Of a stretch of DNA of 40,519 nt, positions 18,394 through 29,269 are shown piece by piece. The notes under the pieces are model-generated. The model saw nothing but the letters and a program-made list of their open reading frames with translations. It searched no databases and was not told the origin of the DNA. Each line of letters begins with the position of its first letter. Within the stretch, counting starts at the first letter, position 1. The stretch lies in IMG/VR virus record IMGVR_UViG_2872185964_000011. One strand, 5' to 3'. Both the position numbers and the translations under genes were made by a program. The stretch comes from a virus (lineage: Duplodnaviria > Heunggongvirae > Uroviricota > Caudoviricetes).

Positions 18394-20016
18394 ATGCCGT
18401 TACCATTCCCCTTCGATTTTAAACATCCTGATTACCAGATGGTTTTTGAATGGCGGATGGAACGCCTACAGCGCATTCGCCAGAATCCTGAAATATTGCC
18501 TGCACTAAAACAGTTTTACCGAACTAATCCGGCTCAGTTCATCATCGACTGGGGCATGACAACGGACCCGCGTAATATTGATTATGGCCTGCCGGTGACC
18601 ATTCCGTTTTTACTCTTCCCTAAGCAGGAGGAGTGGATCCACTGGATTATGGAACGCTGGAGCAATCGGGAGAATGGTATTACCGAAAAATCCCGTGAAA
18701 TGGGGCTCAGTTGGACCGCGATCGGACTGGCCTGCTCGCTTTGTCTCTTCAACAAAGAAATGGTTATCGGTTTCGGCTCCCGTAAAGAGGAATACGTCGA
18801 CAGCACTGGTGACCCGAAAGCATTGTTCTGGAAGGCGCGCAAGTTCGTGGAAACGCTACCTGTAGAGTTTCGCGGTTCGTGGAGCGAGAAGAAGCACGCG
18901 CCATATATGCGTGTTGAGTTTCCTGAAACTGGTGCCGTTATCAAAGGCGAGGCTGGCGATAATATTGGTCGTGGTGACCGTACCACGCTTTATCTGGTTG
19001 ATGAGGCTGCATTCCTTCAGCGTCCTCTGCTGATTGATGCGGCGTTGTCACAAACGACGCGTTGCCGTATCGACCTGAGTTCAGTTAACGGCATGGCTAA
19101 CCCGTTCGCTCAGAAGCGTCATGGCGGGAAGATACCGGTATTCACATTCCACTGGCGGGATGATCCTCGCAAGGATGAAGAGTGGTATCGCAGGGAATGC
19201 GAGAAAATCGATAATCCGGTGGTGGTGGCACAGGAACTTGATCTGAACTACAGCGCATCAGCGGAAGGCGTCCTGATTCCATCCGAATGGGTACAGGCTG
19301 CCGTTGATGCACATATCAAACTGGGTATCCAGCCAACAGGCAAACGACTTGGCGCGATGGATGTCGCCGACGAAGGCAGGGACAAAAATGCCTTTTCCAC
19401 CCGTCATGGCTTCCTCCTGGAAAATGTGCGGGAATGGTCCGGTGTGGGCAGCGACATTTATCAGTCAGTTGAGAAGGTTTTCGGCTTTTGCGAACAGGAC
19501 AACCTCGACGAGTTTCGCTTTGACGAGGACGGGCTGGGCGCTGGCGTTCGCGGCGATGCGCGCGCTATCAACGAACTGCGTAACGCTGCGCGTCGACCGT
19601 CAATACTCGCCACACCGTTTCGAGGTAGTGGCGCGGTATTTGATCCGGATGATGAAGCTGTTCGCGGGGACAACGGGCAAGCCGCACGTCTGAACAAGGA
19701 CTTCTTCGCTAACGCCAAAGCCCAGAGCTGGTGGCGGTTACGTAAACTTTTTCAGAATACCTGGCGCGCCGTGGTTGAAGGTATGGCTTACAACCCGGAC
19801 GAGATCATCTCAATCAGCAGTAGCATGGCACTCAAAGATAAACTCATCATCGAGCTTTCGCAGCCGACCTATTCCATTAATGGTGTGGGAAAAATCGTTA
19901 TTGATAAACAGCCTGATGGAACCCGGTCGCCAAATCTTGCCGACTCGGTGATGATCAACTATGCCCCAATGAATTCAGCCCTGAACATCTGGGAGTTGCT
20001 AGGGAGACAGGCCTGA
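18394..20016 (+). CDS. terminase large subunit
   Basis: 540 aa directly after the small subunit; Walker B-like [11 protein letters not shown] and acidic nuclease-domain residues (GAMDVADEG); Walker A is deviant. Confidence 0.7.
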   Translation: MPLPFPFDFKHPDYQMVFEWRMERLQRIRQNPEILPALKQFYRTNPAQFIIDWGMTTDPRNIDYGLPVTIPFLLFPKQEEWIHWIMERWSNRENGITEKSREMGLSWTAIGLACSLCLFNKEMVIGFGSRKEEYVDSTGDPKALFWKARKFVETLPVEFRGSWSEKKHAPYMRVEFPETGAVIKGEAGDNIGRGDRTTLYLVDEAAFLQRPLLIDAALSQTTRCRIDLSSVNGMANPFAQKRHGGKIPVFTFHWRDDPRKDEEWYRRECEKIDNPVVVAQELDLNYSASAEGVLIPSEWVQAAVDAHIKLGIQPTGKRLGAMDVADEGRDKNAFSTRHGFLLENVREWSGVGSDIYQSVEKVFGFCEQDNLDEFRFDEDGLGAGVRGDARAINELRNAARRPSILATPFRGSGAVFDPDDEAVRGDNGQAARLNKDFFANAKAQSWWRLRKLFQNTWRAVVEGMAYNPDEIISISSSMALKDKLIIELSQPTYSINGVGKIVIDKQPDGTRSPNLADSVMINYAPMNSALNIWELLGRQA

Positions 20017-21380
20017 TGGCACGAAACAAACAAGCCCTGCGGCGAACTGCGCAGGCCACAGCTGATGGTTATGAGAATTTTATCGCCCGCGTAGGGATGC
20101 AGACACCTAACCAGCACTCAGCATCCACCTACCGGGCTAATTTCACCAGTCGTAACCGCATGCTGGTGGAATGGTCCTATCGTTCATCCTGGATCATCGG
20201 CGAAGCAGTCGATGCTATCCCGGATGATATGACCCGCAAAGGCATTCGCATCACTTCGGAAATTGATGCAAAAGATCGTGGCATTCTCGAATCACAACTG
20301 GATGAGTTGCAAATCTGGGATGCGCTGAATGACGTGCTGAAATGGTCGCGCCTCTACGGCGGCGCGGTGGGTTTCATCATGATTGAGGGGCAGGCACCAA
20401 TGACCCCGCTGCGACCCGAAACCATTGGTAAGGGCAAGTTTAAGGGGATTCTCCCGCTCGACCGCTGGATGATTGACCCGGTACTGACCCGCCGCATTAA
20501 AGATATGGGGCCGGACCTGGGTAAACCTGAGTTTTACGATGTGGTGACCACAGCAACGGGAATTCCTGCCTGGCGCATTCATCACAGTCGCCTGATTCGC
20601 TTTGATGGCGTCACGCTGCCATTTCAGCAGAAGATGACCGAGAACGAATGGGGAATGTCGGTTGTAGAGCGTATCTGGGATCGTCTTACCGCGTTCGACA
20701 GCGCTACTGTCGGTGCGGCGCAGCTGGTCTACAAGGCGCATCTGCGTACCTACAGCGTGGAGAAGCTACGTGAGCTTATCGCACTTGGTGGTCCTGCGTA
20801 TGAAGCGTTGCTGAAGAATATCGACCTGATTCGACAGTTCCAGAGCAATGAAGGCATGACGCTCATGGACTCGCGGGATAAGTTTGAAACCCATCAGTAC
20901 AGCTTCAGTGGTCTGGATGACATCCTTTCACAGTTTGCAGAACAGATTAGTGGCGCTGTTGGTATCCCACTGGTGCGGTTGTTCGGACAGTCCCCGAAGG
21001 GATTTTCTACCGGCGATGCAGACCTTGCCAACTATTACGACCGGGTAAGCTCGTTGCAGGAGAGGCGTTTACGTCTTCCGGTGCGGCGGATACTGGACAT
21101 CATGCATCGTTCGGAACTTGGCAAGCCGCTCCCGGATGATTTCACGTTTGAGTTTAACCCGCTCTGGCAAATGTCTGATGTCGATCGTTCAACGGTGGCG
21201 TTAAATACCACCAACGCAATCAGTACAGCGCTGGGTGATGGTCTGATGACACTGAAAGCCGCTATGACTGATTTGCGCGAAAATTCTGACGTAACCGGCA
21301 TCGGGGCATCCATTACCGACGAGGACATCGAGAATGCCGAAGATGAAGCGCCGCCCGGCATCGGCGAACCTGATGACTAA
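20016..21380 (+). CDS. portal protein
   Basis: 454 aa after large terminase and before head-morphogenesis gene; acidic C-terminus; assigned by position and size. Confidence 0.65.
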   Translation: MARNKQALRRTAQATADGYENFIARVGMQTPNQHSASTYRANFTSRNRMLVEWSYRSSWIIGEAVDAIPDDMTRKGIRITSEIDAKDRGILESQLDELQIWDALNDVLKWSRLYGGAVGFIMIEGQAPMTPLRPETIGKGKFKGILPLDRWMIDPVLTRRIKDMGPDLGKPEFYDVVTTATGIPAWRIHHSRLIRFDGVTLPFQQKMTENEWGMSVVERIWDRLTAFDSATVGAAQLVYKAHLRTYSVEKLRELIALGGPAYEALLKNIDLIRQFQSNEGMTLMDSRDKFETHQYSFSGLDDILSQFAEQISGAVGIPLVRLFGQSPKGFSTGDADLANYYDRVSSLQERRLRLPVRRILDIMHRSELGKPLPDDFTFEFNPLWQMSDVDRSTVALNTTNAISTALGDGLMTLKAAMTDLRENSDVTGIGASITDEDIENAEDEAPPGIGEPDD

Positions 21381-22106
21381 CCGCAGGAACCGTCAGGCGG
21401 AAATCCGCTATCGAACCAGCCTACGCAGGATAGCGCGGGCGGTCGGAGACATCGTAAATGGTCGCTACGATGGTTCAAATGACAGTATCACGGAAATTAT
21501 TGAGGCGCTGGAACGCTACAGTGAAATCATCACCCCATGGGCGACAAAGGTCGCGGAAAACTTTACTGCGGACCTGACCCGGCAGAACGAGAAAGTTTGG
21601 CGGCAACACAGCAAGAACATCAGTCGCGAGCTCCGCAATCTTGTGGAAAGCGCTCCTGTGGGCCAGGTGATGCAATCCATCATCGCCGAACAGGTCAAGT
21701 ACATCAAATCGCTCCCCTCGAGGCGGCTGACAGGGTGTACGACATCCAGAATCGGGCGATAGAAGCTGTTGTGACCGGTGGGAGAGCAGAACATTTTGCT
21801 AAAGAAATTGCAGCATCGGGTGATATAGCAAAGTCCAGAGCTGACCTGATTGCCCGTACTGAACTTGGACGTGCAACCGGCGCGCTGGATCAGGCACGTG
21901 CGCTGTCAATTGGTTCGAATGGTTATATCTGGCGTACAGCCGAAGATGGTGACGTCAGGCATTCTCATCGGGAAATGGAAGGTAAATTTGTCGAATGGGG
22001 CAAACCTCCAACGCTTGACGGCATGACAGGTCACGCTGGCGAGTTCCCGAATTGTCGCTGTTATAAAGAAATCGTTTTTCCCACCTCCCATTCTTATCCC
22101 GCCTGA
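21373..22106 (+). CDS. head morphogenesis protein (Mu F / SPP1 gp7-like), frame broken at C-run 21714-21717
   Basis: C-terminal WRTAEDGDVRHSHREMEGKFVEW...HAGEFPNCRCY motif; adding one C joins ...KYIKSLP to LEAADRVYDIQNRAIE. Confidence 0.7.
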
Positions 22107-22120
22107 ATCGCAGGTAACAC

Positions 22121-23328
22121 ATGAAATATTTTTTCAATACCCGGCTGGGGAAACCCGCTATCAGCTGGCTGACGGCTCGTTGCTGTGCAAAGACGTGCCG
22201 ATAGGACGAACAGGTAAGCAGCTCTATGGTGCTGATGACCTGCCAAAACTGAAACCCGATAAGTTCGGTGAAATAGTCGTCACGCGTTCTCCTGAGCAGG
22301 TATTCCATCCGGCCACGCTTGCCTCATTCGAAGGGATGAGCATCACGATCCTGCATCCTGAAGATGAAAACGGGAATGTGCGGCTGGTAAATCCCGAGAA
22401 CTGGAAAGAGCTTGCTGTCGGGCACCTCCAGAATGTCCGGCGCGGGACGGGGGAGCAGTCTGATTTGATGCTGGCTGACCTTATCGTCAAAGACGAAAGC
22501 GCCATTCAGCTTATCGAAGATGGCCTGCGCGAAGTGTCGTGCGGCTATGACGCGGAGTATGAGCAGACCGAGCCAGGTAAAGCCGAGCAGGTCGATATTA
22601 CCGGAAACCATGTGGCTCTTGTCCCTAAAGGCAGAGCCGGAAATCGTTGTGCAATTGGAGACAGAGACACAATGGCAAATCAAAAGAAAAGCTGGTGGAC
22701 CCGCATGCGCACGGCCATCAAAACGGGTGACGCTGACACCATGAACGAACTGGTGGAGTCGGCTCCCGCATCGGTTACAGGAGATGAGGGGGATTTGCCG
22801 CAGGGCGTTAATCTCAACATCAACCTGTCCCCGCAACAACCGCTACCGGACAAAGCACCAGAGATGGGCGGAGGTCCAACCGGCGACAGTGATGATGACC
22901 TCAAAACATTACTGAAAGCCCTGCTGGCTAAGCTGGAAGGAAATGCGACGGGCGATAACGACAATAATCCGACCGGTGACGGCGAGGACGATGAAGAGGA
23001 AACCACGATTACTGGTGACTCAGCCTGGCGTGCCGAAGTTATCGTTCCGGGTATCGATCTGAGCCGTAAGATGAAACCGACCGCGTTCAAACGCGAGGTT
23101 CTGGCTTCTGCTGACAAAACGCTGGTTCGCCAGATAGTCGGTGATGCGGATATCCGCAAATTACCGAAACAATCGGTCGACATGGCGTTTAATGCCGTGT
23201 CTGAAATTGCCAAAGGGCGAAACACCCGCGCCACCACCGGCGATGCACAGCGTCCAAACATGGGCATGACCAGTATCGCTTCCCTGAACAAACAAAACGC
23301 TGAATTCTGGGCAAACCGTAAAGGGTAA
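22121..23328 (+). CDS. capsid scaffold/prohead-associated protein (DUF2213-like, from memory), frame broken near 22147-22153
   Basis: ATG at 22121 (MKYFFNTRLG...) then -1 frame continues LADGSLLCKDVPIGRTGKQLY...; acidic low-complexity middle. Confidence 0.5.
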
Positions 23329-23331
23329 AAA

Positions 23332-23838
23332 ATGAATAATGTATTTCTGTACCGGATGCCTGTTGGCATTGCCGGGGCTGTCTCTCGCCCGCAGGACTTA
23401 ACCGTCGAACCGGTGGTCCTTAAATCCGATAACGCCTTCGCTGCCTATGGGCTGGCTGGTAAATACGATGATGACGGTTTTTTCGTGCCGCTGGCAGATG
23501 GTGATACCGCAGACAAGGTGAAGGGGATCTACGTGCGCCCTTATCCGACCACTTCGCAGCCGGACATGGTTCGCCAGGTGGGGAGTGGCAAGAACTTCCC
23601 GGGCGACGCCATGAAGCGTGGCTACGTGACCGTTAATCTCGGTTCTGATTTTGATGCCAGCACCATCAAAAAAGGCGACCCGGTATACGTTGTCGTCTCC
23701 ACTGATGAATCCATCAAAGTGCCGCTGGGTGGATTCATGTCCACGTCAGTCAGTGGCAAAAACGTGGTGCTGACCAACGCTGAATTCACAGGTGCCGGTG
23801 ATGCTAACGGCAATGCAGAAATTTCCTGGAAGATTTAA
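23332..23838 (+). CDS. hypothetical head structural protein
   Basis: 168-aa ORF between scaffold-like and capsid genes. Confidence 0.5.
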   Translation: MNNVFLYRMPVGIAGAVSRPQDLTVEPVVLKSDNAFAAYGLAGKYDDDGFFVPLADGDTADKVKGIYVRPYPTTSQPDMVRQVGSGKNFPGDAMKRGYVTVNLGSDFDASTIKKGDPVYVVVSTDESIKVPLGGFMSTSVSGKNVVLTNAEFTGAGDANGNAEISWKI

Positions 23839-23849
23839 GGAACAGACGA

Positions 23850-24791
23850 ATGATTACTTTTGATCAGGCAACCGTTGACAGCTCTGGTGCCTTTCTCATC
23901 GGGGAGCTGGAGCGACTCGACCAGACGCTGAACCTGCCACTAGTGGGGTACACCTGGACCCGCGATATTCAACTGCGTGAAGATGTCTCCATCGCAGATG
24001 ACATTTCCAGCTGGACGAATACCAGCTTCGCCGCTGCGGGTACTGGTGCAAATCCGAATGGCAAAAACTGGGTAGGCAAAGACTCAACCGCTATTGCTGG
24101 CGTGAACGTGGATACCGGCAAATCCGGTAATCCGCTGAACCTGTGGGGGATGGAACTTGGCTGGACGGTCATAGAATTGCAGGCTGCTCAGCAGGTCGGC
24201 CGCCCGATTGATACGCAGAAGTATGACGGGATGCAACTGAAATGGCAGATGGATAATGATGAACAGGTATATGTTGGCGATTCCGCATTAAACCTGAAAG
24301 GCCTTGTTACCCTGGACGGCGTGCCTGTCAACAACGCTGCCAAAACGTGGGCAACCTCAACACCGGACGAAATCCGCGCAAGTATTAACCAGGTGCTGTC
24401 TGATGCGTGGGCCGCTTCTGGTTACTCTGTGGTTCCGCGTGATTTGCTGATCCCGCCTGAGCAGTTTGCTCTGTTGTCCAGCATCATCGTTTCATCTGCG
24501 GGTAACCAGTCCCTGTTGACGTACCTTCAGACCAACACCATCAGCTATCACCAGAACGGTGTTCCGCTGAATATCCGCGCGGTTAAATGGCTGAAAGGCC
24601 GTGGTGTGGGGAATAAGGATCGCATGATTGCGTATACCAACGATAAAAAATACGTCCGTTACCCGCTGGTTCCGCTTCAGAGCGTGCCGGTGCAGTATCG
24701 CGGTCTGTATCAGATCGTCACTTACTACGGCAAGCTGGGTGCAGTCGAGCCAGTGTATAAAGAAACTCTGTCCTATGTGGACGGTATCTGA
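23850..24791 (+). CDS. major capsid protein candidate (DUF2184-like, from memory)
   Basis: 313 aa in the capsid position, followed by a stem-loop. Confidence 0.6.
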   Translation: MITFDQATVDSSGAFLIGELERLDQTLNLPLVGYTWTRDIQLREDVSIADDISSWTNTSFAAAGTGANPNGKNWVGKDSTAIAGVNVDTGKSGNPLNLWGMELGWTVIELQAAQQVGRPIDTQKYDGMQLKWQMDNDEQVYVGDSALNLKGLVTLDGVPVNNAAKTWATSTPDEIRASINQVLSDAWAASGYSVVPRDLLIPPEQFALLSSIIVSSAGNQSLLTYLQTNTISYHQNGVPLNIRAVKWLKGRGVGNKDRMIAYTNDKKYVRYPLVPLQSVPVQYRGLYQIVTYYGKLGAVEPVYKETLSYVDGI

Positions 24792-24801
24792 TAACCGGAA
24801 T

Positions 24802-24816
24802 GGCCCGAAAGGGGCC
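24802..24816 (+). other. GC-rich stem-loop (GGCCC-gaaag-GGGCC) immediately downstream of the capsid gene
   Basis: read directly; no T-tract. Confidence 0.35.
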
Positions 24817-24830
24817 TGAAGGAAACTGAA

Positions 24831-25199
24831 ATGGCGAAAGAAAAACTGGTTACCATCCATGTTCACACCCCGTTTACGCTGACGCTCGGCGATCAGTCAA
24901 AACAGGAGTTTGGCCGGGGACGACATAACGTACCGGAAGAGGTCGCGTCGCACTGGTTCACCCAGGCGCACTCTGAGATTTCCGAAAGCGTGATTAGCGA
25001 CACCGATGATCTGCAACCCATTATCGACGGCCTGCAAGCGCAGATTGCCGACAAAGATAAGCTGATTGCCGATCTGAAAGATGCATTGCTCAAACTGCAG
25101 GAGCAGAACGATAGCCTGCAGGCGCAGATTACTGCCGCCCGGACTGGCGGTAATGGGGCTAAAGATGCCAAAGAATCAAAGTTTGCCAGCGGTAAGTGA
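24831..25199 (+). CDS. hypothetical virion-associated protein
   Basis: 122-aa ORF with a helical [25 protein letters not shown] segment. Confidence 0.5.
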   Translation: MAKEKLVTIHVHTPFTLTLGDQSKQEFGRGRHNVPEEVASHWFTQAHSEISESVISDTDDLQPIIDGLQAQIADKDKLIADLKDALLKLQEQNDSLQAQITAARTGGNGAKDAKESKFASGK

Positions 25200-25572
25200 T
25201 TTTCGCCGCGACTTCCCGCAGTTTGCTGACCCGGCAAAATATCCCGACGCCCAAATCGGGTTCCGTCTGAATCTGGCCGATGAACTGCTGAGCGAAAATG
25301 TCACCGGCAAAAAGTTGTTTCCGTACTTTGCCGGGTTGTTCGTTGCGCATTACATGACGCTCTGGGCGGCAGACAGCCGGGCTATTCTGGCTGGTGGTCC
25401 GGGCGGTTCAACCAATGGTGTTCAGTCCTCAAAGTCCGTTGACAAGGTAAGCGTCAGCTATGACACCAGCGCGACGCTGAATCCTGATGCAGGTTTCTGG
25501 AATAACACCCGATATGGCGCTGAATTTTATCAGTTGATCACGATGTTCGGTGCAGGCGGTCGCCAGCTATGA
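25165..25572 (+). CDS. hypothetical head-tail region protein
   Basis: ATG at 25165 ([20 protein letters not shown]...); overlaps the previous gene in the +1 frame. Confidence 0.5.
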   Translation: MPKNQSLPAVSDFRRDFPQFADPAKYPDAQIGFRLNLADELLSENVTGKKLFPYFAGLFVAHYMTLWAADSRAILAGGPGGSTNGVQSSKSVDKVSVSYDTSATLNPDAGFWNNTRYGAEFYQLITMFGAGGRQL

Positions 25573-26122
25573 GTTTCAAAAGCGGTGTAACAACGAGGGT
25601 GGATAACACTAAGGCCATTCTGGATGCGCTCAGGTCGTTAACCAAAAAAGATGTGCTGGTCGGCATCCCTTCGGAAGACAGTGGGCGGGATGATGTTCCG
25701 TTTGGTAATGCGGGCATCGGTTACCTCAACGAATACGGCTCACCAGAGCAGAACATCCCGCCACGACCTCACCTGGTCCCCGGTGTTAAATCGGCAGAAG
25801 AGCAGACGGTGCCGCAGCTCAAAGCCGCGGCGCAGGCTGCACTTGATGGTAATGCTGCGGGAGCAGAACGCGCACTCAACCGTGCCGGAACACTGGCCGC
25901 TAATGGCGTCAGGCGTTACATGACCATTACCGGCTTTACGCCGCTTGCTGACAGTACTGTTGAAGCCCGGGCTCGTCGGGGCGCAAGGGGGCAACACTGG
26001 AACTTGCCCGGCGTGCTGCTGGCGAATCCCCGGGAACCGAACTGGCGAAACCATTAATTGACACCGGGCAATATCGCAGAGCGATTACCCATGTTGTGAG
26101 GGATAAAAATGCCGACTCTTGA
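25569..26122 (+). CDS. hypothetical head-tail region protein, frame broken at G-runs 25978-25991
   Basis: -1 frame continues ...[43 protein letters not shown] to a TGA overlapping the next gene. Confidence 0.5.
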
Positions 26123-26498
26123 TGTAACAGATGTGCTTTTTGACCCCGATTTTTGCGACTTCAATTTGTGGGTAACACGCCGTGTGCAAACGGTGGATGA
26201 GGATGGGATCGGCAGCGACAGCGAAGTTAAAAAGCAGTTTGCCGGAGTCGTAACTGTTGATCGCTCTCTGGAAAACCGTCGTATGCAGGCCGGGCAGGTA
26301 ATCAGTGGTGCAATTCTGATTGTGACGACTGAGCGACTGACGCAGGGACAGACTGGCCGTGATGCCGATATCGTGACGTATCAGGGCCGTGATTATCGTG
26401 TGACTTTCGTCGACCCGTATACAGCGTATGGTGCCGGATTCGTTCAGGCGCATTGTGAGTTGCTGCCGTTTGATGGGGGAATTCCGGTTGAGCAATAA
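26109..26498 (+). CDS. hypothetical head-tail joining protein
   Basis: 129-aa ORF. Confidence 0.5.
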   Translation: MPTLDVTDVLFDPDFCDFNLWVTRRVQTVDEDGIGSDSEVKKQFAGVVTVDRSLENRRMQAGQVISGAILIVTTERLTQGQTGRDADIVTYQGRDYRVTFVDPYTAYGAGFVQAHCELLPFDGGIPVEQ

Positions 26499-27036
26499 CA
26501 CCAGCACAGAGCGCGGATGGCTGATACCAACCAGTGGCGATCCGGATTATGACGAAGCGCTCGACAGGCTGTTAAGCCAGTGGATGCGTAACGTTTCCGG
26601 TCTGTCTGCCGGGATGGTTCGTCCGCGCTGGCAGAAAGAGCAACCGCCACTGCTACCGGCTGAAACGAACTGGTGTGCGTTTGGGGTTATCGGATGGTCA
26701 GGTGATGACAGTCCGGCATTCACCAGACAGACCGATGATGGCTCTCAGCTCTGGCGGCATGAAACGATTGAGTGTATGGCTTCGTTTTATGGTCCGGCGG
26801 GGATGGTGTATGCGTCCCGGTTTCGTGACGGTATATCTGTACCGCAGAACAACGCAGCACTGAATGCGCTGGGGCTGTCTCTTGGCGATTACACAGGTCT
26901 GACTCCCTTCCCTGAACTTATTAATCAGCAATGGGTCCGCCGCTACGATATGACGGTGCGTCTGCGCCGGAAGGTTGTGCGCGAGTACGGTATTAAATCG
27001 CTGGTGGAAGCACCAGTCATCTTTTTCGGAGATTAA
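26473..27036 (+). CDS. hypothetical tail-proximal protein (start uncertain)
   Basis: ORF immediately upstream of the sheath gene; ATG at 26473 chosen. Confidence 0.45.
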   Translation: MGEFRLSNNTSTERGWLIPTSGDPDYDEALDRLLSQWMRNVSGLSAGMVRPRWQKEQPPLLPAETNWCAFGVIGWSGDDSPAFTRQTDDGSQLWRHETIECMASFYGPAGMVYASRFRDGISVPQNNAALNALGLSLGDYTGLTPFPELINQQWVRRYDMTVRLRRKVVREYGIKSLVEAPVIFFGD

Positions 27037-27039
27037 GCT

Positions 27040-28185
27040 ATGGCACAGGGCTTGCCTGTATCAAACGTTGTTAATGTTGATGTGATCATGTCGCCGCGTG
27101 CAGCATCAGGGCGAAATTTTGGTGCATTACTCATTCTCGGCCCGTCCACAATCATTCCGGTAAGTGAGCGCATTCGCCGTTATTCTGCCGCGGAAGATAT
27201 TGGAAAAGATTTTGGCGTGGAATCACCAGAATATAAGGCTGCGCAGGTGTTTTTCTCACAATCACCGAAACCTCAGGAGGTTTTTGTTGGTCGTTGGGTG
27301 AAAACGAAGGGAGACAGCGAACAGGCCACGCCTGAGACGCTGGAGCAGGCTGTGAATGCCATGCTCGATTATACTTCATGGTATGGGCTGGGGATTGCAG
27401 ACGATGAAGATATTCCGGATGCAGACTGGCTGAAAGTGGCTGCGGCGATCGAATCCTCTTCTGTAAGCCGTATTCTGGCGATTACGACAAGCGATGAGAA
27501 ATGCCTGCAGACTGCATCCAGCGATGATTTGGCATCAAAACTGAAAACCGCCGGATATTCACGCAGTTTTATTCAGTATTCATCGGGTAATAAATACGCC
27601 GCGTTATCTGCATTTGGCCGGGCATTCACGGTTAATTTCAATGGCAGTAATACCGCGATTACGCTCAAGTTTAAGCAGGAGCCGGGTGTCGGGTATGAAA
27701 CACTGACAGTCAGCCAGGCATCGGCACTTGATGCAAAAAACTGCAATGTGTTCGTGTACTACCAGAATGATACAGCTATCCTCCAGCAGGGAGTGATGGC
27801 TAACGGCGATTTCTTTGATGAACGCCACGGCCTGGACTGGTTACAGAATTATGTGCAGACCAACCTCTATAACCTGCTTTATACCAGCACCACGAAAGTT
27901 CCCCAGACTGAAGCCGGTATTACCCGACTGTTATCAAATGTTGAAAAATCACTGGATCAGGCCGTTCAGAATGGACTGATTGCTCCGGGCGTATGGAACG
28001 GGGGCGACCTTGGTCAGCTGTCATCAGGTGACACACTGCCCAAAGGTTATTACGTATACGCCCAGCCGCTGAATGAACAGGCACAATCAGAACGTGAAGC
28101 CCGTAAGGCTCCGGTGATTCAGGCTGCAATAAAACTTGCAGGCGCGGTTCATTACGCTGACGTACAGATTAACGTTGTTCGCTAA
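27040..28185 (+). CDS. tail sheath protein candidate (DUF3383-like, from memory)
   Basis: 381 aa followed by tube, chaperone and tape-measure genes. Confidence 0.6.
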   Translation: MAQGLPVSNVVNVDVIMSPRAASGRNFGALLILGPSTIIPVSERIRRYSAAEDIGKDFGVESPEYKAAQVFFSQSPKPQEVFVGRWVKTKGDSEQATPETLEQAVNAMLDYTSWYGLGIADDEDIPDADWLKVAAAIESSSVSRILAITTSDEKCLQTASSDDLASKLKTAGYSRSFIQYSSGNKYAALSAFGRAFTVNFNGSNTAITLKFKQEPGVGYETLTVSQASALDAKNCNVFVYYQNDTAILQQGVMANGDFFDERHGLDWLQNYVQTNLYNLLYTSTTKVPQTEAGITRLLSNVEKSLDQAVQNGLIAPGVWNGGDLGQLSSGDTLPKGYYVYAQPLNEQAQSEREARKAPVIQAAIKLAGAVHYADVQINVVR

Positions 28186-28195
28186 GGGGAAGTGA

Positions 28196-28636
28196 ATGTC
28201 TACCTATTCTTTTATGGATGTCACTGCGACGCTGACCGGGCCGACCGGTTCGATTGACCTCGGGTACGGTTCTGCAAGTTCTGAAGAGGGGATTGTGGTT
28301 GCGATGGGCGGTCCTAAAAACACCATGACCATCGGTGCTGATGGCGAAGTGATGCACAGTCTCCATGCAGATAAAAGCGGGACGATTACCGTTAACCTTC
28401 TGAAGACATCACCGACAAATAAAAAATTGTCGCTGGCGTATAACGCACAGAGCCAGTCTTCTGCCACATGGGGGAATAACGTTATTGTGATCCGAAACAA
28501 GGTCAGCGGCGACATCATCACGGCACGTAGTGTTGCGTTCCAGAAACAACCGGATAATGCCAACGCTAAAACCGGTAATACGATGCCGTGGGTGTTTGAC
28601 TGCGGCAAGATTGACCAGGTTCTCGGGGAGTTTTAA
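28196..28636 (+). CDS. tail tube protein candidate
   Basis: 146 aa between sheath and chaperone genes. Confidence 0.55.
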   Translation: MSTYSFMDVTATLTGPTGSIDLGYGSASSEEGIVVAMGGPKNTMTIGADGEVMHSLHADKSGTITVNLLKTSPTNKKLSLAYNAQSQSSATWGNNVIVIRNKVSGDIITARSVAFQKQPDNANAKTGNTMPWVFDCGKIDQVLGEF

Positions 28637-28639
28637 TAC

Positions 28640-29092
28640 ATGGAATTCGAAATCAAAGGCGTGAAATATCGCGCGGCAAAACTCAGCGTTTTTGACCAGC
28701 TGAAAGTGACCCGCAAACTTCTGCCGGTGCTGGCAGGAATGATGTCAGATTTCGGGAGCATTCGCTCCCGTTTGCCTGCTGACGGCAAAATCGACACCGT
28801 GAAATTCGAGCAGTTAAAACCGGTGTTTGAAACCATGCTCCCGCGTATCGCTGAGGAATTGTCTTCCCTGACCGAAGATGACACCGATGCGATTATTCAT
28901 CCCTGTCTTGCGGTGGTATCGCGGCGTCATATGGACGGATGGGTGCCGGTATTTACCCAGGGCGAACTGATGTTTGATGATATTGACTTGCTGGTCATGC
29001 TGCAGCTGGTGGCGCGGGTGGTCGCCAATTCGCTGGGAAATTTTTTGCCTACATCCCTTACCAGCACGACGCAGAGCCTGCAACAGGGCTGA
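28640..29092 (+). CDS. tail assembly chaperone (short form); a -1 shift near 29041-29047 would extend it to 29280
   Basis: position between tube and tape measure; slippery heptamers near the 3' end; -1 frame open to a TGA at 29278-29280 overlapping the tape-measure start. Confidence 0.6.
   Translation: MEFEIKGVKYRAAKLSVFDQLKVTRKLLPVLAGMMSDFGSIRSRLPADGKIDTVKFEQLKPVFETMLPRIAEELSSLTEDDTDAIIHPCLAVVSRRHMDGWVPVFTQGELMFDDIDLLVMLQLVARVVANSLGNFLPTSLTSTTQSLQQG
29035..29047 (+). other. candidate programmed -1 ribosomal frameshift site: tandem heptamers G GGA AAT and T TTT TTG in the chaperone zero frame
   Basis: read directly; both fit the X XXY YYZ pattern in frame. Confidence 0.5.
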
Positions 29093-29269
29093 CGTTTAAC
29101 AGCCTGCCGGACGGGCTGTCCTACCTTCTCAATCCGGTTGACGCCGGGTTAATTCCTTATACAGCACTTAAAGATGGCTCTGTCGATTTGTACGATATTG
29201 CTCTCTTGAATGACCATCTGGCGGTAAAAGCGGATAACCAGCGGCGCATTGAGAAATGGAGAGAGGATA